Below, piece after piece: positions 28,685 through 36,773 of a DNA stretch of 64,000 nt; position 1 is the first letter of the stretch; every line of letters starts with the position of its first letter. The notes under the pieces are model-generated. The model saw nothing but the letters and a program-made list of their open reading frames with translations, was not told the DNA's origin and searched no databases. The stretch covers positions 64,001 through 128,000 of IMG/VR virus record IMGVR_UViG_3300028805_000041; one strand, written 5' to 3'. The position numbers were made by a program, and so were the translations under genes. This DNA is from a virus (Duplodnaviria; Caudoviricetes).

Positions 28685-29923
28685 CTATAAATTTTGTTTG
28701 TCGCCGTTGACAATTTTTAGGTAAAAATCCGCTCTATCCTTAGTTACATTTCTCAAATCAAATTTGTCTGCAAGTTTTGCAATATTTCCCTGCAATTGCT
28801 TTACCAATTCCGGATCATTTGCCAACTTTGTGATGAATTTAACCCACTGTTTATGATTCTTTGTCTCATCAACAAGTAATGCGTTACCTTCTGGATTTAT
28901 TGCACCACCCTTTTCAATTGCATTAATGAGGTCTAATTTATATGGGCCGAAATCTGAAGCAATAAGCGCTGTTTTCGAGAAACAACATTCAATCACCTTT
29001 AACTGTGACTTAACAAGGTTGAAGTCATTTATCTCAAGTGGGGCCAACAATACATCACACTCACTATAATGTTCATAATAGTGGTTCATATCCTTTGTCC
29101 AACATCTCTTGTAGTGTTCGTTATCAACATTCGGATACTGAAGGTTTGGTATAAACATATGAAGGAAATTCTTATAGTCTTCTGAAACAATTGAATAGTT
29201 GTCTGTCATTGCCTTTTCATATCTGTACCATACAGTTTCCTGTGGCTTAAGGTCCCTTTCCGTTGCTTCTTTAGTTTGGGGGTTGATTATCTTCATCTTT
29301 CCTCTAAGGTCAAAGCCACATAGCACAAATTGTATCTTATCCTTTACATCTTTCGGTAATTTGTTTACAAATGCACCCATAATTCCCATATCATATTCAT
29401 GTGATGAACCCATAATCATACCGACCCTTAGTTTATCACTCGGTTTCTTGTTAACGGCAAATCTTGGGTCCGTTGGATCAATTGCATTCGGAATCACAAC
29501 AACATTTTTATTGTACTTACTGATTTCCTTTGCGAAAATAGGTGTCGTTGTTGTGACATAATCAAATATCTTAAGATTGTTTTTAATGATGTCATCAATA
29601 TGGTATGTCTTCGAGGACACATATTGTGGATGATGTGGACTTAACTTCCAATGGTCATCAATATCCATAACTGTGACAATTCCCTTTTCCTTGAAATATC
29701 TCATTGCATTGTAGAAAATTGACATATTGGCATATAGAGCCTTGTGTATATGAATCAATTGGTATTTGTCAAAAGACGGAAGGTTCATCCAATTTGGGTT
29801 CATGTCAATGGTTACACTGAATTGGTCAGGAAATTGTTTCTCAAGTTGTAAGTGCGGCTGTGTTGAACGATAGAAGCCGACGCCTCCGATATTATCGGAC
29901 GGAACTACTAATATGTTAATCAT
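28685..29923 (-). CDS. Glycosyltransferase, GT-B (GT4-like)
   Basis: GGVGFYR..PH, MDIDD.W, VIPNAID, DVLLAPL....FN..KS.LK.IE, IASDFGPY. Confidence 0.85.
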   Translation of the reverse strand: MINILVVPSDNIGGVGFYRSTQPHLQLEKQFPDQFSVTIDMNPNWMNLPSFDKYQLIHIHKALYANMSIFYNAMRYFKEKGIVTVMDIDDHWKLSPHHPQYVSSKTYHIDDIIKNNLKIFDYVTTTTPIFAKEISKYNKNVVVIPNAIDPTDPRFAVNKKPSDKLRVGMIMGSSHEYDMGIMGAFVNKLPKDVKDKIQFVLCGFDLRGKMKIINPQTKEATERDLKPQETVWYRYEKAMTDNYSIVSEDYKNFLHMFIPNLQYPNVDNEHYKRCWTKDMNHYYEHYSECDVLLAPLEINDFNLVKSQLKVIECCFSKTALIASDFGPYKLDLINAIEKGGAINPEGNALLVDETKNHKQWVKFITKLANDPELVKQLQGNIAKLADKFDLRNVTKDRADFYLKIVNGDKQNL

Positions 29924-30028
29924 ACTTATTAAATGTTTTTTTTTGTTAAAGATAAAATGACTAACAATAATAATGAATAGAAAAATAAAAAAAAAATGCG
30001 ACCATTTCTGACCGCATCTTTTTTTTCC

Positions 30029-30616
30029 TTATTTTGCTGCTTTCTTCTTCAATTTTAGAACACCTTCGTAAAGATTTCCCTTAGCATCGATGAATTGGAA
30101 TGTATTACCGTTAATGAATCTCATACCCTTCATTGCCGGTGCAGTTGACTCATTAATTGTTTTCATATGTCTTGATACGCTCTCATCAATGATAGCCTTG
30201 ATGAGACTGTAATCAATACCGTTGCTTGTTGGGATGACTGTTTCTTTCAAAACCTGTCTCTGCTGTACCTGTTGAACATTCTGTTGTAAATCCTTTGTCA
30301 GGGAGTCAAGTCTTGAATTATCACCTGTAAGTGGCGGGGTCTTTATGAATGATTCCCTCATATACTCAGGAAGCGCATCAACCCCCTTAACACCACCGGT
30401 TTGTTCTGATAAAACCTGTACTGGTTGTGTTTGTGTGTCAGTTTGTGCAGCCCCATCAAATACTGCTGTTTCCATTGACGCTATGTCTGCATCGGATCCG
30501 TTACTTCTTCTACCCGCAAAAGCATTGCCCTTTTGTTCAACGAGCCTATTAAAATTTTCATCAAGCATTAAACTCTGTGCCTTTGACAGAATATTTGTAA
30601 ATTTAGCTTCATCCAT
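30029..30616 (-). CDS. Hypothetical late protein
   Basis: Contains IDYSLIKAIIDESV and LSE/LKE/INE sites; last gene of a late operon. Confidence 0.55.
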   Translation of the reverse strand: MDEAKFTNILSKAQSLMLDENFNRLVEQKGNAFAGRRSNGSDADIASMETAVFDGAAQTDTQTQPVQVLSEQTGGVKGVDALPEYMRESFIKTPPLTGDNSRLDSLTKDLQQNVQQVQQRQVLKETVIPTSNGIDYSLIKAIIDESVSRHMKTINESTAPAMKGMRFINGNTFQFIDAKGNLYEGVLKLKKKAAK

Positions 30617-31418
30617 TTTGTTCTTCCTCTTCCTTATCTATTTCTTCCGTATCAACTTCATTGTTGTCTACTTTTGTATTATTGTTCTGAATGTTTTCTT
30701 CATCGCCCTTGAATCTTGGTCCGTTTTTCAAAGCATTGGCATAATCAGGTTTTTTGTCATTCCTAACATCTGCCTCATTGTTGTGACTACCCTTCTTTAT
30801 TGGTCCAACAGTCTGCTGTTCATTGCCGGTATCAAAATTATTTGCCCTGCTCATATCATTTATTGATGAACGGTTTCCTTTGGACATATCTTTTACATTT
30901 GTATTTTGCCAATCGTCGGAATTCTTCTTTATGTAATCAAACTTCATTTTATCGATAGTTTGTTTCATATTATTCCGAATTTCATCTCTACTTCTGTTTT
31001 GAGTATTGTTCCTTGTATTTGTCTCTGCTGGCTTGTTGTCTTCTCCGTTGAAATTGGCAATAGTAAGAACTTCTGACATACCGTTGTCACCATCGGCATT
31101 GAAACCGGGCGGTTGTTGGAATGTCCTGTCCTTCTGTGGTTCCCACGACTTTATCTTGTCAACCCTGAATTCTTTCCATCCCGGAACACTCGATGATGAG
31201 TCACCATTTGGCTGATATGCCCTTATTACATAGTTTCCGGCTGTTGACCTTCCATATGCACAGGGTTGTATCAACCTTTCGCCACCACCTCTTCCGTCCT
31301 TGTCGGGTGTGTAGTTCATCAGAACCTCATATTTCTTATTTGTTGCATCAATAATCTCAGATTGAGTTAAATTCTCCCTGATGATATCCCTGATGACTTT
31401 TCTAAGATAATGATCCAT
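30609..31418 (-). CDS. WYL-domain protein with leader-like N-term
   Basis: V.MNY...ERLIQP.AYG...VIRAYQ...GWKEFRVDKI; N-term LRKVIRDIIRE. Confidence 0.75.
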   Translation of the reverse strand: MDHYLRKVIRDIIRENLTQSEIIDATNKKYEVLMNYTPDKDGRGGGERLIQPCAYGRSTAGNYVIRAYQPNGDSSSSVPGWKEFRVDKIKSWEPQKDRTFQQPPGFNADGDNGMSEVLTIANFNGEDNKPAETNTRNNTQNRSRDEIRNNMKQTIDKMKFDYIKKNSDDWQNTNVKDMSKGNRSSINDMSRANNFDTGNEQQTVGPIKKGSHNNEADVRNDKKPDYANALKNGPRFKGDEENIQNNNTKVDNNEVDTEEIDKEEEEQNG

Positions 31419-31420
31419 TT

Positions 31421-31861
31421 TTAACTGACAACAATTTGACCGTCTGCTACATTCAGTGTTGTATCTACAGAACTCGGTCCGTATTCGTTACCGTTTCCGG
31501 GCTTGTAGAGATTTATTGTTTGCAAGTATTTGCGTCCGCTACGTCCTTCGAGTGCACCATATCCTTCAATATCATATAATCCGCCAGGTCCGCTACCTGT
31601 TGGTGATGCGTCCTCTGTGGTTACGAAGTTGCTCCTGTTAATGGTTCTTAATTTAGATTCTCCGGGAACAGTGAATCCCATACTCATACCAGTACCCTTA
31701 CCGAGAGGGTCACCTGTTGCCTTAGCGTCTTCGTGAGTATATGAATACTCATTCTTCGCATTACCTGCTACATCTTCGAAATACTTATTCTTCAATTGAA
31801 GCTCGTCTCTCTTTGAGATACCTTCGAATTCGAGTCTACTTTGTTTACTTTGTTTAGCCAT
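31421..31861 (-). CDS. Hypothetical Gly-rich late protein
   Basis: 146-aa ORF; TATTTAC variant at 31900-31906 (minus). Confidence 0.6.
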   Translation of the reverse strand: MAKQSKQSRLEFEGISKRDELQLKNKYFEDVAGNAKNEYSYTHEDAKATGDPLGKGTGMSMGFTVPGESKLRTINRSNFVTTEDASPTGSGPGGLYDIEGYGALEGRSGRKYLQTINLYKPGNGNEYGPSSVDTTLNVADGQIVVS

Positions 31862-31906
31862 ATTAAACTATTATTAATATATAATTTTATTTCTTAATTG
31901 TAAATA

Positions 31907-32485
31907 CTAATCTTCGTATGTGAATGTCACTATATCTTTTTTCTCTGTATGTGCGGTTCCGCCGTTGTTCTTTGTTCCGCCTTTCTTTTGGAAGCCATTT
32001 TCCTGTGTTCTTTTTATTGTTTTAAGATTCTCCCTCTTGTTCCTTAACTGTTTCTTTAGATATCCGTTGATTGGGTCTTTTGAATCGGTATCGTGAACTA
32101 TCTTGTCAGCTGTATTTACTGACACCCTACCGTTTTTTTTTATATTGTCAGTTCTTTTACCCGGTGTCAGTTGATTCATAACACGCTGTGGTATTTCGAT
32201 GTCAGTGTTTTTAAGATTCTGATTCTGTTCCTCAAGAGGATATGAATGATAATAGTGTGAGCCGAAGAACGGATATCCGTTCCTGCATTCTTCACGCCCA
32301 AGAAGGTCCGTTATTATAGCGTCAACCCTGTCGCCCCTCTCGTCTTTGTCCGATGTTCCAATCTCAGTATCATTATATGATTCCTTGTTGTCCTCATACT
32401 GCTCAGGATTATATGCGCCACCGAAGCCGATATTTTCGTTAATGAGCCTTCTGATTTGTGATTCAGTAAATATAACTTTTCTCAT
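31907..32485 (-). CDS. Leader-bearing protein with basic C-term
   Basis: MRKVIFTESQIRRLINE. Confidence 0.65.
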   Translation of the reverse strand: MRKVIFTESQIRRLINENIGFGGAYNPEQYEDNKESYNDTEIGTSDKDERGDRVDAIITDLLGREECRNGYPFFGSHYYHSYPLEEQNQNLKNTDIEIPQRVMNQLTPGKRTDNIKKNGRVSVNTADKIVHDTDSKDPINGYLKKQLRNKRENLKTIKRTQENGFQKKGGTKNNGGTAHTEKKDIVTFTYED

Positions 32486-32508
32486 TTTTAAACGTAGTTT
32501 ACTACCTA

Positions 32509-32522
32509 ATAAATATATTTAT
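32509..32522. promoter_or_regulatory. Back-to-back divergent late promoters (palindrome ATAAATATATTTAT)
   Basis: TATTTAT on both strands, 23 and 24 nt from the divergent start codons 32485 and 32547. Confidence 0.75.
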
Positions 32523-32546
32523 CATTGAAAATAACTTAATTATCAG

Positions 32547-34685
32547 ATGTCTATTTTAAACAAATATAAGGAGTGGAAGACATATTTCAGATTACTTTAC
32601 GACAAATATATTGATTTTGTACTGTCAGTCGATGATACAAAGGGAATACCTGTTGACGGAAAAATGACTGAAAAGTGTCTGTCGGCATATATTGACACTA
32701 ATGAAAGTGACTGTTATTGTGATGACAGCCTGTGTTCTCTTGTTGCCTATAAGTATGACAAGTCAGTAAATGACGGTTGTGTACTTAGGGATATCGGTTA
32801 TACGGGTATCGACAATGGTCTGATTGCATATAGGAAAGGTGAGATAACAAACCAAGAATTTTTCGATATTTTCACGGGTTCAACAATAGAAGTCAAGGCG
32901 GGTGATATGAGACTCCACGTAAAACCCGTAACAGGAAACACAGGACTATACACATATGACTACGATGTAATAGAAAATGAAAAAGACGGAAAATATTATG
33001 CTTTGAAGGGCGGTTTCCTTCAGGGATTCTATAAACTATTCGGTTTTGACTATGAAACACTTCCAACGGTCATTGAAGACGAGTGGAATCTTGAATTTGT
33101 AATTCGTCCTAAGGATTATGAACAGAAGGACGACACTCTCAATAATACACATACGGATACCGAAGGAATATTCTTCTATATGGGAACAAGAGCGGAAAAC
33201 AAGTTCGCACAGTTCTATAACATAGACCTTAGCAAATACGAAACGAGAGAGGGGTATGACAAATATTCTTCAAGATGTCAAAGTCTAAAGGATGGTGTCG
33301 GTTATTTTGCTTGGGAGGAACCGTCTTGTACACATATAAATGACTCCTGCGATTATATAAAACCGCTTGATCTGTATGAATACGAACAGGTTTATGACGG
33401 ATATTATGAGAAAGTCACGCCCGATGAGAAACCTGATGAAAAAGAAGAAAAGGAAGAAGAAAAAAGGGATAAAATGTCAATAAACAAGAAAAGTATGTTT
33501 ATGTGGCAATATTTCTTCAACAGATACGGGTGGAATGAGCACAGTTGTTGCTGTAAGGAAAAATGCTGTGGCTGTGAGGAAAAGGAAGAAGAGAAAGAAG
33601 AAGAAAAGGAACCTGAATGCAATTGTGAGGGTGTACCTTGCAATGAGTGTGCAAATGAATATTTCGGTGACGGGTATATAATGCAATGTAATACATGTAC
33701 ACCTGCCTGTGAAACAGATGATTGTGGAGGATATTTTTCTGATGGATATAAGGTGACATTAGATTGTGACAATGGAACGTTCGTAGAAGATAACAGTGAT
33801 TATCTTGTGGACGATGTATCACTGTCAGGTATTACAACATTGGAAACAACAGAAGGTAGGACACATCTTGAAGATTATACGGGTTATTTTGAAATAGAGA
33901 CGGACAACAAGTTCATAACACATAACAGAACCAAGACAGGATGTACGGTAAACAAGTGTTTTGATGAAGATGGCAAGATTGTCCTGACGGGATTCACGAA
34001 TAATTACAAGGGCAATCTCTTCCTTGATGTAAATAGGACAAAGACAGGCTACACGGTAAACAACATTGATGACCTGTACGGAAAATATGAAAACACACCA
34101 CATTATGACATTCTTAAGGACATAAAGGGAAATTGTTTTGCACTAAGAGTAAGGGAAGATGGAAGCATCGGATACAGATATCTTGTACAGGATTGTGATG
34201 CAGAAGAAGGATGGTCGATAAAAGAGGAATATTCATTTCCAAATATAGTGAAAAAAGACGAATGGAGCACAATTAATGTCAAGTTTGATGTATTGAACGG
34301 ATTATTGGACGATTGTGGTAAACCTCTTGGACCAAGAAAAATAAAAATCTATATCTATGTAAACGGTTATCTCAAGTTTGTTTCCAAGGAATTGCCTGAC
34401 TTTAATTTCAGGGAATTGGCTGAAACGTATGAGAGACAAGAGGCTGTGCCGTATAATATTTCAATTGGGGGAGGAACAATGGGACTGTGTGACAGTGTAT
34501 GGCTTGACTATTACGCACCATTCCCGAAAATATTGCCAATTGAAAAAAACTTTGCGGGAACATTTATAGGTGACATACGTTCATTCAAATTCTACAATTG
34601 CTCACTACAATACAACGAAATTAAAAATAATCACACAAGTGTTGTGGACAAATACAAGAGAATAACTATTTATTATAAAATATAG
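32547..34685 (+). CDS. Virion structural protein, LamG/concanavalin-like, with Cys-rich acidic insert
   Basis: W.LEFVI, FFYMG, FALR...G.IGY, IYVNG.L, ISIGGG, F.G.I..FKFYN..L...EI. Confidence 0.55.
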   Translation: MSILNKYKEWKTYFRLLYDKYIDFVLSVDDTKGIPVDGKMTEKCLSAYIDTNESDCYCDDSLCSLVAYKYDKSVNDGCVLRDIGYTGIDNGLIAYRKGEITNQEFFDIFTGSTIEVKAGDMRLHVKPVTGNTGLYTYDYDVIENEKDGKYYALKGGFLQGFYKLFGFDYETLPTVIEDEWNLEFVIRPKDYEQKDDTLNNTHTDTEGIFFYMGTRAENKFAQFYNIDLSKYETREGYDKYSSRCQSLKDGVGYFAWEEPSCTHINDSCDYIKPLDLYEYEQVYDGYYEKVTPDEKPDEKEEKEEEKRDKMSINKKSMFMWQYFFNRYGWNEHSCCCKEKCCGCEEKEEEKEEEKEPECNCEGVPCNECANEYFGDGYIMQCNTCTPACETDDCGGYFSDGYKVTLDCDNGTFVEDNSDYLVDDVSLSGITTLETTEGRTHLEDYTGYFEIETDNKFITHNRTKTGCTVNKCFDEDGKIVLTGFTNNYKGNLFLDVNRTKTGYTVNNIDDLYGKYENTPHYDILKDIKGNCFALRVREDGSIGYRYLVQDCDAEEGWSIKEEYSFPNIVKKDEWSTINVKFDVLNGLLDDCGKPLGPRKIKIYIYVNGYLKFVSKELPDFNFRELAETYERQEAVPYNISIGGGTMGLCDSVWLDYYAPFPKILPIEKNFAGTFIGDIRSFKFYNCSLQYNEIKNNHTSVVDKYKRITIYYKI

Positions 34686-34691
34686 TAAACC

Positions 34692-36734
34692 ATGATTAAT
34701 AAAAAAGGAGTAACCTATTATAAGTTAGAGTCGGATTACCCCGGTGATGTTACCAAATACTGCGGTTTGTCCGGTGTTGAGATAGATGCCAACTTCCATT
34801 TTCTTAGAGGACAGGATGTTAGGGATGTATCATTTGATTCTGAAAAGGGCGAACTTACGATTACACGCGTTGACGGTAGCCAAATTATAGTCGAGGGCGT
34901 AAAGAGTGAGATTGAAACCAAGATAGAAACCATAGTTGAAAAACATTTTGAGGAAATCACACTTAGAGGAACCTATTTTGATGAAGACAAAATGGAACTC
35001 CATCTCGTCATTAACGACGATGAAGTTGTGATAGGCGGATTTAGGGCTGAAAAAACGGTGTTTAGTGATGACACACTATTTGGAATTGGTTCCGATACTA
35101 ATCCGCTTGGCGTTCTCAGAACCATTATGACCGGTTTCCATCTCCCGGCAAAGGGATATGTTGATATGATTGCAGGTGAACAGTTACCAAGCGTTGTTGA
35201 GAAACACGATGTGTACCTTTCACGTGAAAATATCAGTTCTTATGGTCTTCTCTACAACTATGAGGGTGTTGAGAGAATCAAGTCCATTTTAAGCGGAAAT
35301 CTCGCAGGATGGCGTGTTCCAACAAGCAAGGAATGGGGTGAAATGCTCAACTATCTTGAGGACTGTGACGATAGAAACCATAACTCAGAAATTACAGGTG
35401 ATGTCTTGGGCGCAAGAGCCGGACTCTATATCAAGTCAAAGAATGGAGAATGGGACATTGATCCTTCAGAATATGAGGGTTGTGTTGACTCATATCTCTT
35501 TAACGCACTTCCAACAGGTTATGCAAGAAGGGATGGTACGCACCATTGCTTCGGTGAAATGACCACATTCTGGACGGCTGACAAATATGAAGGCATTAAT
35601 AACGTATATTGCCGAAGAATTGATGACCACGAGGATGGCGTATACAAGATTGCAGAAGGTCTATATTACTACTATAGTCTTAGATTGGTTAGGGACTATG
35701 AAGGTTCTTTCTCTGAAATTGAAACCATTAGTGGTGTACCTTATCACACGGTTCTTATGCCTTATATTGATGAAAGCGGAAATACGGGTACAAAAGTTTG
35801 GACACGAGACAATGTTTCATTTACCGAACTCTTGGGCGGAACGAATGATAGTGAGATGCATCAAAGGGATTTAGAAAATCCATTAGCACTACCGGTTGTT
35901 GACCAAAGAACCGGAGAAGTTGTAAGTGGTGCAACCAAGTACTTTGTTAATGCATGGGCAGGTGAACATTGGGAAAAAAGAGAACTTCTTGAAAATGAGG
36001 TAATACCATTGGCTGTCGGTCCTGACGGTTCTAGAAATGAACAGTGGGTTCTAATTAATGGTGAACTGTTAAAAGTAACGGATATAACTAACGAGCACGC
36101 TTATAATTCGCTCATTGGACCAATATCCGGTATGATATATGACGAACAAGTGGCAAGAGAACAGGAAGATGCAAATATTCGTGAAGAACTTGCTTCTGAA
36201 GTATCGGCAAGGACTGAAGCCGACAATCAGATAATGAATGCATTAGATGCTGAAATATCTGCAAGGACTGAGTCTGATAATCAGATAATGGGTGCATTGA
36301 ATGATGAGGTATCTGCGAGGACTGAGGCTGACAATAACATAATGGATGCACTTAATGCTGAAACATCAGCAAGAACTGAGGCTGACTATCAATTAACGGA
36401 CGCACTTAATGTTGAAATCTCAGAAAGAATTGATGCTGACGGACGAATGGCAGAGGACTTGGAGGCTGAGGCATTTACAAGATCGGAAGCCGACAATCAG
36501 ATAACAGATGCTTTGAATGCTGAAATATCCGCGAGGACTGAGGCTGATAACACATTCGATGAAAGACTTAATGATGAGATTCAGACAAGAGAGGCAAATG
36601 ACATTAAAGTTCAGGAATATTTGATTAAGGCAAGTAAACCTGATTGTGGAACAACGCTTCTTACAAATGGTGGTGATGAAATAAAAATCGCTTTTGATGG
36701 AAACTTCGGTGAATTTGTTGGAGAAGAAGTATAA
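34692..36734 (+). CDS. Tail-fibre-like protein with Fibrobacter major paralogous (FISUMP) domain and 18-aa coiled-coil repeats
   Basis: YGLLYNY, GWRVPT..EW..ML, AG..IKS, FNALP.GY, FWT, SLRLVRD; TATTTAT at 34667-34673. Confidence 0.7.
   Translation: MINKKGVTYYKLESDYPGDVTKYCGLSGVEIDANFHFLRGQDVRDVSFDSEKGELTITRVDGSQIIVEGVKSEIETKIETIVEKHFEEITLRGTYFDEDKMELHLVINDDEVVIGGFRAEKTVFSDDTLFGIGSDTNPLGVLRTIMTGFHLPAKGYVDMIAGEQLPSVVEKHDVYLSRENISSYGLLYNYEGVERIKSILSGNLAGWRVPTSKEWGEMLNYLEDCDDRNHNSEITGDVLGARAGLYIKSKNGEWDIDPSEYEGCVDSYLFNALPTGYARRDGTHHCFGEMTTFWTADKYEGINNVYCRRIDDHEDGVYKIAEGLYYYYSLRLVRDYEGSFSEIETISGVPYHTVLMPYIDESGNTGTKVWTRDNVSFTELLGGTNDSEMHQRDLENPLALPVVDQRTGEVVSGATKYFVNAWAGEHWEKRELLENEVIPLAVGPDGSRNEQWVLINGELLKVTDITNEHAYNSLIGPISGMIYDEQVAREQEDANIREELASEVSARTEADNQIMNALDAEISARTESDNQIMGALNDEVSARTEADNNIMDALNAETSARTEADYQLTDALNVEISERIDADGRMAEDLEAEAFTRSEADNQITDALNAEISARTEADNTFDERLNDEIQTREANDIKVQEYLIKASKPDCGTTLLTNGGDEIKIAFDGNFGEFVGEEV
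36144..36602 (+). repeat. About 8.5 tandem 54-bp (18-aa) coding repeats
   Basis: EVSARTEADNQIMNALDA / EISARTESDNQIMGALND / EISARTEADN... Confidence 0.9.
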
Positions 36735-36773
36735 CAAGCCAAAATAAGAACCTATTAAAGAAAAATAAAAACA

